This document shows positions 21,807 through 30,610 of a stretch of DNA of 64,000 bases, in pieces (position 1 is the first letter of the stretch; each line of letters begins with the position of its first letter). Source of the DNA: Gaoshiqia hydrogeniformans (GTDB lineage Bacteria; Bacteroidota; Bacteroidia; Bacteroidales; Prolixibacteraceae); NCBI RefSeq assembly GCF_049347105.1, contig NZ_CP186334.1:3298575-3362574 (forward strand), read 5' to 3'. The position numbers and the translations under genes were made by a program. A model generated the notes under the pieces. It did not search any database. It had not been told where the DNA came from and saw only the letters and a program-made list of their open reading frames with translations.

Positions 21807-22313
21807 TTATATTTTACGCTCTACTGTTTCTTTCAATATACTCAGGGCCTTGTGCATATGTTTCTCTACGGCTTTGTTACTGATCTTCAAATCCCGCGCA
21901 ATATCCGAATACGTTAACTGATCAATACGGCTCATTAAAAAAATGGCGCGGGTTTTATCCGGGATTTTTGCGATGGCTTGCTGCAGTTTTTGATCAAATT
22001 CCTTTAACTCCATGATAAAATCAGGCGACTCGTTTTCTTGTCCCAGTACCAGGGAACTGGTAAAGTTTAAACTAATTGTCTTTCGCCGGTGGTGTTTAAA
22101 GTATTGATTTTTTGCCAGCGTGTATAACCAGGCCCTTACCGTATCTTGTCTGATTTTTGTATGTTCTTCCCAGAACGTCAGAAACACATCTTGTGTCAGG
22201 TCTTCTGCCAAATCAATATCTCCCGAAAGATAATAGATGTAGTTTCTGATATGTGTGTAATGATCATCAAATATTTTGCGAAACCAGACGGTATTGTTTT
22301 GCCTGTTTATCAT
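21807..22313 (-). CDS. RNA polymerase ECF-type sigma-70 factor
   Basis: 168 aa with sigma-70 region 2 and region 4. Forms an operon with the downstream FecR. Confidence 0.85.
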   Translation of the reverse strand: MINRQNNTVWFRKIFDDHYTHIRNYIYYLSGDIDLAEDLTQDVFLTFWEEHTKIRQDTVRAWLYTLAKNQYFKHHRRKTISLNFTSSLVLGQENESPDFIMELKEFDQKLQQAIAKIPDKTRAIFLMSRIDQLTYSDIARDLKISNKAVEKHMHKALSILKETVERKI

Positions 22314-22346
22314 GGATGCAGTTGGAATATTTTAAAATGAACTATG

Positions 22347-22354
22347 CAAATATA
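22347..22354 (-). promoter_or_regulatory. candidate Bacteroidota -7 promoter element (TAnnTTTG) for the ECF sigma gene
   Basis: Plus-strand CAAATATA is TATATTTG on the minus strand. It lies about 35 bp upstream of the minus-strand ATG at 22313. Confidence 0.25.
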
Positions 22355-22638
22355 AACATAATGGTCAAATTCTGTTTTCTTTTTTGCCGTATAAAAATCA
22401 AATGTTTCTCAAATTTTTGATAATGAAATATTTCGATCCGGAAGCCCCGGAAATGACTGACTACCGGATTAAATCTTTCTGTTAACAATCAAGAAAACAG
22501 AATTTTTATTAAAAGGTTCGGAAATTACCCATTGCCCCGGATAGGAAAGTTGTCGTTACTTAGCTGAGATATTAACAGGAACATGTTGATAGCCACCGAA
22601 AGGTGCGCATCAGGACTTAGTTATTGCGGTCAAACTAT

Positions 22639-22659
22639 CCCGGATTTCCCGGGTTTTTT
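22639..22659 (+). terminator. plus-strand terminator-like hairpin inside the divergent intergenic region
   Basis: CCCGG-ATTTC-CCGGG stem-loop followed by TTTTTT. There is no upstream plus-strand CDS; it lies about 145 bp upstream of the giant gene. Confidence 0.35.
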
Positions 22660-22685
22660 ATCAAGTTGAAATTGCGATTGATATT

Positions 22686-22701
22686 TCACATGGTCATGTG
22701 A
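22686..22701. promoter_or_regulatory. 7-bp-arm palindrome TCACATG-GT-CATGTGA; candidate operator
   Basis: Inverted repeat read directly, about 100 bp upstream of the ATG at 22803. Confidence 0.3.
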
Positions 22702-22802
22702 CTTATGAGGTATTGTTTTGGTTAAAAGAGAAATCTTTTACCGGACAGTGTATTCTCTGATGATATTAGAACTAATGTTTTATTAATCGTACATTTTGAA
22801 AA

Positions 22803-25800
22803 ATGGAAAAACTTTACCTGTGTTTTCGAACATTTCGATTCTTTCAAAAATTCCGTTTGGTATTTTTGATTGTGTTGGGCGGACTCCTGTTCAGTTCCGC
22901 TACAAGCTATGCGCAGTATAACCAGGCAGCTGTGGCTCTCGACCAGTTGCGTAATGGTTCTGCAACCAATCCTCTTCCCGACCCGAGCTGGGTAAATGGT
23001 AACCTGGGCGCTCAAAATTCTCATTATGCCGAGGGTATGTCGGTCGCATACCGTGCCGTAATGATTAAGATGCCTGTTGGCGTGGACGTTCAACTGACGT
23101 TGGAATATGATGCCAAACACAGTGGTAAACATGCCCTGGATTACCTGACACATTTCCAACGGATGGAAGACCACAGTATGTATGGTCACGATGCCGAAAT
23201 AGTTGACCCCACAAAGGGAACAGCCTTTGACGGGCAATTGATGAGTCCGACCAGTACCTGGGCGATTCCTGCTCCTCCGGGATATAACTCCGAGGTTGCC
23301 GGCATGCCGGCATCCAGCCATGCAGCTCTTCCCGGCAGCGAAATCTTGATGGCCATGTGGGGTGGTACCATTTCCGGTATTACGTATACCGACGAAAACG
23401 GTGTCGCCCATGCCGCAGATTTGGCGGTGGCTCAGTCAGCACAGAAAATTACCGTTAATTTTACAGCCGAAGCAGCCTCAGTCGTACTTGCCTGGGGCGG
23501 ACACATCGGCAGCCGGTTGGAGTGGGGATATTTCCCTGACGGAACCCCCAGGTCGGCCGGTGGAATCAGCGGTTCTCCCTATCATATGCGTATCATCGAC
23601 TGGAACCTGAATAATCTGGGAAACCAGGACCGGTCGCTTTCTGCTGACGCCGTTGCCATACCGCCTACCTGCGATGTTGTACCGGTTGATCAGTTTTGTG
23701 GCGGAAAAGTAATCACCTTCCAGGCCACTTCAGATGCCTCAAGTCCAACTTACGTATGGACTATTCTGAACAATACCTCGGGAGCTGCGTTTGTTGGCCC
23801 GACAAACGGGGCTGAAGTAACAGTGCTGTCTGAAAATCCGGGCGGATATACCCTGCACGTGGAAATTTCAGATGGACTTCTGTCGTCCGAATGTGAAACG
23901 GATGCATTGGTGAATGATGTGCCAATCTCGTTTACGCTTCCTGCTGATATTCATTTATGTCAGGATGAAGTTGGGGCAAGCCTGAGTGTGACCCTTGAAA
24001 ACATTGATGCAATCGTTGATTACCTTGCTGATCTTGAAATTAGTTTTTCGATAGATGCTGTTTTACAGCAAGATTATATAAAACTTCAAAATTATCTTGC
24101 CACCAACTTTCCGGCATTTAGCTGGAACGATTTTGTGGCGATTACCGGTGATGGAGACTTCCCGCTGATTGGCGATCTGATTGCTATGCTTGGCGGGTCG
24201 GGTAGCAAAACCATCTCCGTGTCGCTTCGTTTGCCAACAACCGGAATGACCACTGACGTTTGTGTTTTCACCGAGGAAACACAGGTTACCGTTAACGATA
24301 ACCCGCTATGCTCCATTGCCGGCGACGACTCTGTTTGCCCGGACGGGGAATTTACTTATACCTACGACGGAACGTCAGTGATAAGCACATATGCCTGGAG
24401 CGTATCAGGCGATGTAGCAATCATTGGAGGTGCTGATGGTCAATCAGTAACGGTAAAGGCTGACGCCGTTTGCGGAACATTTACCCTTTCATTGGTTGTT
24501 ACGGATGAAAACGGATGTGAAAGTAGCTGCGAAAAAATTGTAGCTATTCAAGATGAAGAGATACCGGTGATCTCAACCGAAGCAGTTGACGGATACGATT
24601 GGGGATGTAACCCCGATGAAATTCCTGTTCCTGAATTTACTGCAACAGATAATTGCGGTGACTTTACACCAAATGTAGCAACAGATGGTCCCGTTCAGGA
24701 TGCCGAAGGTTGCGGTATGAGTCAAACATGGACGGCTACTGTTGTTGATTATTGTGATAATGAGGCTGTTCCGGTAAGTATTACTTATTACTGGAAAGTC
24801 GACCTGGAAGCCCCGGTTATCACGGCCGCCAACGAAGATTCCGACTTAGGTTGTAACCCGACTGCAGAAGAAATCGAAGCAGCGCTTGGCGGCGCAACAG
24901 CTGCCGACAACTGCGATGCAGAAGTTACGGTTGAATATACCGACGGCGATGTGATGGGCGATGACTGCCTGAAGAGCCAGACCCGCACGTTCACCGCTGT
25001 TGACGAATGCGGCAACCAGGCCGAAGCCGTCACGGTTACGGTAAGCTGGAAAGTTGACCTGGAAGCCCCGGTGATCACAGCTGCGAACGAAGATTCCGAC
25101 TTAGGCTGTAACCCGACTGCAGAAGAAATCGAAGCAGCGCTTGGCGGCGCAACAGCTGCCGACAACTGCGATGCAGAAGTTACGGTTGAATATACCGACG
25201 GCGATGTGATGGGCGATGACTGCCTGAAGAGCCAGACCCGCACGTTCACCGCTGTTGACGAATGCGGCAACCAGGCCGAAGCCGTCACGGTTACGGTAAG
25301 CTGGAAAGTTGACCTGGAAGCCCCGGTGATCACAGCTGCGAACGAAGATTCCGACTTAGGCTGTAACCCGACTGCAGAAGAAATCGAAGCAGCGCTTGGC
25401 GGCGCAACAGCTGCCGACAACTGCGATGCAGAAGTTACGGTTGAATATACCGACGGCGATGTGATGGGCGATGACTGCCTGAAGAGCCAGACCCGCACGT
25501 TCACCGCTGTTGACGAATGCGGCAACCAGGCCGAAGCCGTCACGGTTACGGTAAGCTGGAAAGTCGATCTGGAAGCCCCGGTCATCACAGCTGCGAACGA
25601 AGATTCCGACTTAGGCTGTAACCCGACTGCAGAAGAAATCGAAGCAGCGCTTGGCGGCGCAACAGCTGCCGACAACTGCGATGCAGAAGTTACGGTTGAA
25701 TATACCGACGGCGATGTGATGGGCGATGACTGCCTGAAGAGCCAGACCCGCACCTTCACGGCTGTTGACGAATGCGGCAACCAGGCCGAAGCCGTCACCG

Positions 25801-28800
25801 TTACGGTAAGCTGGAAAGTTGATCTGGAAGCCCCGGTGATCACAGCTGCGAACGAAGATTCCGACTTAGGCTGTAACCCGACTGCGGAAGAAATCGAAGC
25901 AGCGCTTGGCGGCGCAACAGCTGCCGACAACTGCGATGCAGAAGTTACGGTTGAATATACCGACGGCGATGTAACAGGCGATGACTGCCTGAAGAGCCAG
26001 ACCCGCACCTTCACGGCTGTTGACGAATGCGGCAACCAGGCCGAAGCCGTCACGGTTACGGTAAGCTGGAAAGTCGATCTGGAAGCCCCGGTGATCACAG
26101 CCGCGAACGAAGATTCCGACTTAGGCTGTAACCCGACTGCGGAAGAAATCGAAGCAGCGCTTGGCGGCGCAACAGCTGCCGACAACTGCGATGCAGAAGT
26201 TACGGTTGAATATACCGACGGCGATGTAACAGGCGATGACTGCCTGAAGAGCCAGACCCGCACCTTCACGGCTGTTGACGAATGCGGCAACCAGGCCGAA
26301 GCCGTCACGGTTACGGTAAGCTGGAAAGTCGATCTGGAAGCCCCGGTGATCACAGCCGCGAACGAAGATTCCGACTTAGGCTGTAACCCGACTGCGGAAG
26401 AAATCGAAGCAGCGCTTGGCGGCGCAACAGCTGCCGACAACTGCGATGCAGAAGTTACGGTTGAATATACCGACGGCGATGTGATGGGCGATGATTGCCT
26501 GAAGAGCCAGACCCGCACCTTCACGGCTGTTGACGAATGCGGCAACCAGGCCGAAGCCGTCACCGTTACGGTAAGCTGGAAAGTCGATCTGGAAGCCCCG
26601 GTGATCACAGCCGCGAACGAAGATTCCGACTTAGGCTGTAACCCGACTGCAGAAGAAATCGAAGCAGCGCTTGGCGGCGCAACAGCTGCCGACAACTGCG
26701 ATGCAGAAGTTACGGTTGAATATACCGACGGCGATGTGATGGGCGATGATTGCCTGAAGAGCCAGACCCGCACGTTCACCGCTGTTGACGAATGCGGCAA
26801 CCAGGCCGAAGCCGTCACAGTTACGGTAAGCTGGAAAGTTGATCTGGAAGCACCGGTCATCACGGCCGCCAACGAAGATTCAGACCTGGGTTGTAACCCG
26901 ACTGCAGAAGAAATCGAAGCAGCGCTTGGCGGCGCAACAGCTGCCGACAACTGCGATGCAGAAGTTACGGTTGAATATACCGACGGCGATGTGATGGGCG
27001 ATGACTGCCTGAAGAGCCAGACCCGCACCTTCACGGCTGTTGACGAATGCGGCAACCAGGCCGAAGCCGTCACTGTTACGGTAAGCTGGAAAGTTGATCT
27101 GGAAGCACCGGTCATCACGGCCGCCAACGAAGATTCCGACTTAGGCTGTAACCCGACTGCAGAAGAAATCGAAGCAGCGCTTGGCGGCGCAACAGCTGCC
27201 GACAACTGCGATGCAGAAGTTACGGTTGAATATACCGACGGCGATGTGATGGGCGATGATTGCCTGAAGAGCCAGACCCGCACGTTCACCGCTGTTGACG
27301 AATGCGGCAACCAGGCCGAAGCCGTCACTGTTACGGTAAGCTGGAAAGTTGATCTGGAAGCCCCGGTTATCACAGCCGCGAACGAAGATTCCGACTTAGG
27401 CTGTAACCCGACTGCAGAAGAAATCGAAGCAGCGCTTGGCGGCGCAACAGCTGCCGACAACTGCGATGCAGAAGTTACGGTTGAATATACCGACGGCGAT
27501 GTAATGGGCGATGACTGCCTGAAGAGCCAGACCCGCACGTTCACCGCTGTTGACGAATGCGGCAACCAGGCCGAAGCCGTCACGGTTACGGTAAGCTGGA
27601 AAGTTGACCTGGAAGCCCCGGTGATCACAGCTGCGAACGAAGATTCAGACCTGGGTTGTAACCCGACTGCAGAAGAAATCGAAGCAGCGCTTGGCGGCGC
27701 AACAGCTGCCGACAACTGCGATGCAGAAGTTACGGTTGAATATACCGACGGCGATGTGATGGGCGATGACTGCCTGAAGAGCCAGACCCGCACCTTCACG
27801 GCTGTTGACGAATGCGGCAACCAGGCCGAAGCCGTCACGGTTACGGTAAGCTGGAAAGTTGATCTGGAAGCACCGGTCATCACAGCTGCGAACGAAGATT
27901 CAGACCTGGGTTGTAACCCGACTGCGGAAGAAATCGAAGCAGCGCTTGGCGGCGCAACAGCTGCCGACAACTGCGATGCAGAAGTTACGGTTGAATATAC
28001 CGACGGCGATGTAACAGGCGATGACTGCCTGAAGAGCCAGACCCGCACCTTCACGGCTGTTGACGAGTGCGGCAACCAGGCCGAAGCCGTCACTGTTACG
28101 GTAAGCTGGAAAGTTGATCTGGAAGCACCGGTCATCACGGCCGCCAACGAAGATTCCGACTTAGGCTGTAACCCGACTGCAGAAGAAATCGAAGCAGCGC
28201 TTGGCGGCGCAACAGCTGCCGACAACTGCGATGCAGAAGTTACGGTTGAATATACCGACGGCGATGTGATGGGCGATGATTGCCTGAAGAGCCAGACCCG
28301 CACGTTCACCGCTGTTGACGAGTGCGGCAACCAGGCCGAAGCAGTAACGGTTACGGTAAGCTGGAAAGTTGACCTGGAAGGACCTGTGATCGAATGTCCT
28401 GACGATATCTATGTTGCCGGATGCGAATTAGCGCCATTCATTGAATTGCCTATAGCAACAGACAACTGCGATGGAGCTGTGGAAGTTACCGCTTCCCGTT
28501 CAGATGGTTTGGAATTGAACGACCCGTTTGCAGAGGGTATAACCACCATCACGTTCACCGCAGTTGATGAATGTGGTAATAATTCAACTGAATGTGTGGT
28601 CAATGTAACCGTTGATCCATGTGAGCCGAACTGTGAAACTGCTTATGGTATGCTGGAAGGCGGTTCAGTTTGCTTCCTTAATGATGGATTCAATCGATGG
28701 GGCTGGACAAACTCAATTTCCGAAGAAGGGGAATATTCAATGCCTCTTTACGCCGGAGCAGCCCAATGTAATCCTGATAAGGGCGAACTGGTCGGTAGGG

Positions 28801-29429
28801 TTGAAGTCACTTATTCAGGAAGTACGCTGACGGTTCAGTACCTAACCGATCCGGGTTATTCGATGAGTGAGGTCCATTTGTACGTCGGATGTGATAAATA
28901 TCCGCTCGCGAAGAACGGAAAAGAAACCGTCGCTCCCGGACAATATACTCATAATGCAGGAAGTCTGAATAAGGTGAATAATTACACGGTTGAATTTACA
29001 AATGTGGAAGGACCTGTTTGGGTAATTGCCCACGCAGTAACCTGTGATGTAAATGGTGCCGGCATGGTCTCCGTTACGGAAATGGGGGTTGACTGTGGCG
29101 GGTTTGCATCGGAAGCAGAACAGCCTGTTGTAGAAGCCACCGAAGATTTATCCGGAAAAGATAATAAACCTGTAAAGATCAAAGCTTTCCCGACACCGTT
29201 CGACAAGAGTGTCAGATTTGAATTTGTACCAAACCAGGATGGTGAGGCACAGATTGGAATCTATAACTTACTCGGAAGTAAGGTTGGGGATGCCCTTAAC
29301 GAAATAGTTTACAAAGGAAGAACCTACTCTGTTGAATTTGACGGTTCCGGGTTACCCGCAGGCGTCTATTATTATCGATTCGTGTTAAATAACCAAACGC
29401 TTACAGGAAAAGTAATTAAAAATAAGTAA
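22803..29429 (+). CDS. giant secreted multi-repeat adhesin-like protein with a T9SS (Por) C-terminal sorting domain and 14 tandem HYR-like repeats
   Basis: 2208-aa ORF with an N-terminal signal peptide (LLFSSATSYAQ). Contains Cys-containing Ig/PKD-like modules and a central array of 85-aa repeats with HYR-type motifs (APVIT...GCNP...ATAADNCD...TFTAVDECGN). The C-terminus (...GVYYYRFVLNNQTLTGKVIKNK) matches the T9SS CTD pattern. A strong terminator follows. Confidence 0.9.
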   Translation: MEKLYLCFRTFRFFQKFRLVFLIVLGGLLFSSATSYAQYNQAAVALDQLRNGSATNPLPDPSWVNGNLGAQNSHYAEGMSVAYRAVMIKMPVGVDVQLTLEYDAKHSGKHALDYLTHFQRMEDHSMYGHDAEIVDPTKGTAFDGQLMSPTSTWAIPAPPGYNSEVAGMPASSHAALPGSEILMAMWGGTISGITYTDENGVAHAADLAVAQSAQKITVNFTAEAASVVLAWGGHIGSRLEWGYFPDGTPRSAGGISGSPYHMRIIDWNLNNLGNQDRSLSADAVAIPPTCDVVPVDQFCGGKVITFQATSDASSPTYVWTILNNTSGAAFVGPTNGAEVTVLSENPGGYTLHVEISDGLLSSECETDALVNDVPISFTLPADIHLCQDEVGASLSVTLENIDAIVDYLADLEISFSIDAVLQQDYIKLQNYLATNFPAFSWNDFVAITGDGDFPLIGDLIAMLGGSGSKTISVSLRLPTTGMTTDVCVFTEETQVTVNDNPLCSIAGDDSVCPDGEFTYTYDGTSVISTYAWSVSGDVAIIGGADGQSVTVKADAVCGTFTLSLVVTDENGCESSCEKIVAIQDEEIPVISTEAVDGYDWGCNPDEIPVPEFTATDNCGDFTPNVATDGPVQDAEGCGMSQTWTATVVDYCDNEAVPVSITYYWKVDLEAPVITAANEDSDLGCNPTAEEIEAALGGATAADNCDAEVTVEYTDGDVMGDDCLKSQTRTFTAVDECGNQAEAVTVTVSWKVDLEAPVITAANEDSDLGCNPTAEEIEAALGGATAADNCDAEVTVEYTDGDVMGDDCLKSQTRTFTAVDECGNQAEAVTVTVSWKVDLEAPVITAANEDSDLGCNPTAEEIEAALGGATAADNCDAEVTVEYTDGDVMGDDCLKSQTRTFTAVDECGNQAEAVTVTVSWKVDLEAPVITAANEDSDLGCNPTAEEIEAALGGATAADNCDAEVTVEYTDGDVMGDDCLKSQTRTFTAVDECGNQAEAVTVTVSWKVDLEAPVITAANEDSDLGCNPTAEEIEAALGGATAADNCDAEVTVEYTDGDVTGDDCLKSQTRTFTAVDECGNQAEAVTVTVSWKVDLEAPVITAANEDSDLGCNPTAEEIEAALGGATAADNCDAEVTVEYTDGDVTGDDCLKSQTRTFTAVDECGNQAEAVTVTVSWKVDLEAPVITAANEDSDLGCNPTAEEIEAALGGATAADNCDAEVTVEYTDGDVMGDDCLKSQTRTFTAVDECGNQAEAVTVTVSWKVDLEAPVITAANEDSDLGCNPTAEEIEAALGGATAADNCDAEVTVEYTDGDVMGDDCLKSQTRTFTAVDECGNQAEAVTVTVSWKVDLEAPVITAANEDSDLGCNPTAEEIEAALGGATAADNCDAEVTVEYTDGDVMGDDCLKSQTRTFTAVDECGNQAEAVTVTVSWKVDLEAPVITAANEDSDLGCNPTAEEIEAALGGATAADNCDAEVTVEYTDGDVMGDDCLKSQTRTFTAVDECGNQAEAVTVTVSWKVDLEAPVITAANEDSDLGCNPTAEEIEAALGGATAADNCDAEVTVEYTDGDVMGDDCLKSQTRTFTAVDECGNQAEAVTVTVSWKVDLEAPVITAANEDSDLGCNPTAEEIEAALGGATAADNCDAEVTVEYTDGDVMGDDCLKSQTRTFTAVDECGNQAEAVTVTVSWKVDLEAPVITAANEDSDLGCNPTAEEIEAALGGATAADNCDAEVTVEYTDGDVTGDDCLKSQTRTFTAVDECGNQAEAVTVTVSWKVDLEAPVITAANEDSDLGCNPTAEEIEAALGGATAADNCDAEVTVEYTDGDVMGDDCLKSQTRTFTAVDECGNQAEAVTVTVSWKVDLEGPVIECPDDIYVAGCELAPFIELPIATDNCDGAVEVTASRSDGLELNDPFAEGITTITFTAVDECGNNSTECVVNVTVDPCEPNCETAYGMLEGGSVCFLNDGFNRWGWTNSISEEGEYSMPLYAGAAQCNPDKGELVGRVEVTYSGSTLTVQYLTDPGYSMSEVHLYVGCDKYPLAKNGKETVAPGQYTHNAGSLNKVNNYTVEFTNVEGPVWVIAHAVTCDVNGAGMVSVTEMGVDCGGFASEAEQPVVEATEDLSGKDNKPVKIKAFPTPFDKSVRFEFVPNQDGEAQIGIYNLLGSKVGDALNEIVYKGRTYSVEFDGSGLPAGVYYYRFVLNNQTLTGKVIKNK
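24791..28360 (+). repeat. 14 tandem copies of a 255-bp (85-codon) near-identical in-frame repeat inside the giant gene
   Basis: The unit boundary CTGGAAAG recurs at 24791, 25046, 25301, and so on to 28361, exactly 255 nt apart. Copies differ at a few mostly synonymous sites plus one Met/Thr site. Copies 2 and 3 (25046..25555) are 100% identical. Confidence 0.95.
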
Positions 29430-29445
29430 GCTGTGGTTTGAAAGG

Positions 29446-29476
29446 GAGGGTGTCCATCGGACACCCTTTTTTTTTG
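29446..29476 (+). terminator. rho-independent terminator of the giant gene
   Basis: AGGGTGTCC-ATC-GGACACCCT stem followed by T9, located 17 bp after the stop codon. Confidence 0.7.
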
Positions 29477-29552
29477 TCAACAAATTATTATGTCACTTGT
29501 TTAAGAGCGGTTGATTACAACTTAATTCAGGATAAATCATCAACTTTGTGAC

Positions 29553-30521
29553 ATGTCATCCCTAAAAAGGCGTTTTTCAGGTACGGTATTTCTGGCAATT
29601 ATTGCCTGTTTGCTTTGGTCATCGGCCTTTGTTGGTGTAAAGATCGGATTGAAATACCATTCACCTTTTCAGTTTGCAGGGCTGCGGTTTATTATTTCGG
29701 GTTTGATGCTTATTTTCTATTTCAATAACAGCAGAGATTATTGGAAAGAAGTTCGGCTGAACTGGCGTTTTGTAATGTTGATAGCGGGTTTGCAGACCGT
29801 TATTCAGTACATGTTTTTTTACGCGGGAATCAGTTTGTTGCCGGCGTCAGTTTCTGCCATGATCATTGGTTCGTCTCCCTTGTTTATTTCTATGGTCTCG
29901 CATTTCAGTTCTTATAACGACAAAATGGACGGGATGAAAACCTTCAGTATTTTATTCGGAGTGGCGGGAGTGGCCGTTATTAGTTTTGGAAGAAGTGAAC
30001 TGCCTTCGGGATTGCAGATTAGTTTGTTGGGCGTGGTTTTACTGTTGATGAATAATGTGACATCGGGAGTGGCGAATGTTTTGGTGGCGAAGAAACCCGA
30101 CGGAATTTCGCCGGTGGTGCTTAGCTCTTCTTCTTTGCTGATTGGCGGGATTGTGTTGACTTTAATTTCTGTTCCCATCGAAGGTTATGGTTTGAAAGCA
30201 GTTTCTGCCGAATATTTTGTTGCATTGGCTTGGTTGAGTTTTCTTTCGGCGGCGGCTTTCGGCATTTGGTTTACCCTGCTCCAACGCCCCGGCGTAAAAG
30301 TATCCGGTCTCAATTCATGGAAATTCCTGATACCCGTTTCCGGAGCGGTGTTGAGCTGGCTTATCCTGCCTGATGAACAGCCGGATTGGGTCGCTGTATC
30401 CGGCATGCTGGTGATTGCCTCGTCCTTATTTATGATGAATTATTCCAACCGGAGAGCTTCCGGCTTACTGCCTCAACCGGTTCCTGTATCTGCAAAAAAA
30501 GAAGTTTTCGATCAGAAATAG
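29553..30521 (+). CDS. DMT-superfamily (EamA-like) transporter
   Basis: 10 predicted TM helices in two EamA-like halves; 322 aa. Confidence 0.8.
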   Translation: MSSLKRRFSGTVFLAIIACLLWSSAFVGVKIGLKYHSPFQFAGLRFIISGLMLIFYFNNSRDYWKEVRLNWRFVMLIAGLQTVIQYMFFYAGISLLPASVSAMIIGSSPLFISMVSHFSSYNDKMDGMKTFSILFGVAGVAVISFGRSELPSGLQISLLGVVLLLMNNVTSGVANVLVAKKPDGISPVVLSSSSLLIGGIVLTLISVPIEGYGLKAVSAEYFVALAWLSFLSAAAFGIWFTLLQRPGVKVSGLNSWKFLIPVSGAVLSWLILPDEQPDWVAVSGMLVIASSLFMMNYSNRRASGLLPQPVPVSAKKEVFDQK

Positions 30522-30610
30522 CGATATACTCCTGTTTGTTTTTTGCCCGACCGGTATTGGAAAAGCAGTGTTGTGTTGTTCAACACTTGAATCTATTTTT
30601 TTAATATAAT

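Noticed and set aside
22790-22798. TACATTTTG (TAnnTTTG -7-like motif) just before the giant-gene ATG
   Set aside because: It ends only 4 bp before the start codon, so it cannot serve as the promoter for this start unless the mRNA is leaderless. The real promoter is probably further upstream.
22722-23411. 229-aa minus-strand ORF overlapping the 5' end of the giant gene and its upstream region
   Set aside because: Cys/His/Gly-rich odd composition. It overlaps a strongly supported plus-strand coding frame and is most likely a frame shadow.
24788-28330. 1180-aa minus-strand ORF spanning the repeat array
   Set aside because: It is the antisense frame of the 255-bp repeats. The periodic, stop-free repeat sequence keeps several frames open. 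The translation is low-complexity Ser/Thr/Ala-rich, has no signal peptide and no start context, and lies entirely inside a well-supported plus-strand gene.
24791-28360. Regular 255-bp periodic array considered as a possible CRISPR or minisatellite
   Set aside because: The unit is a multiple of three and in frame within a single ORF. It has no spacer/repeat alternation and no adjacent cas genes. It encodes HYR-like protein domains.
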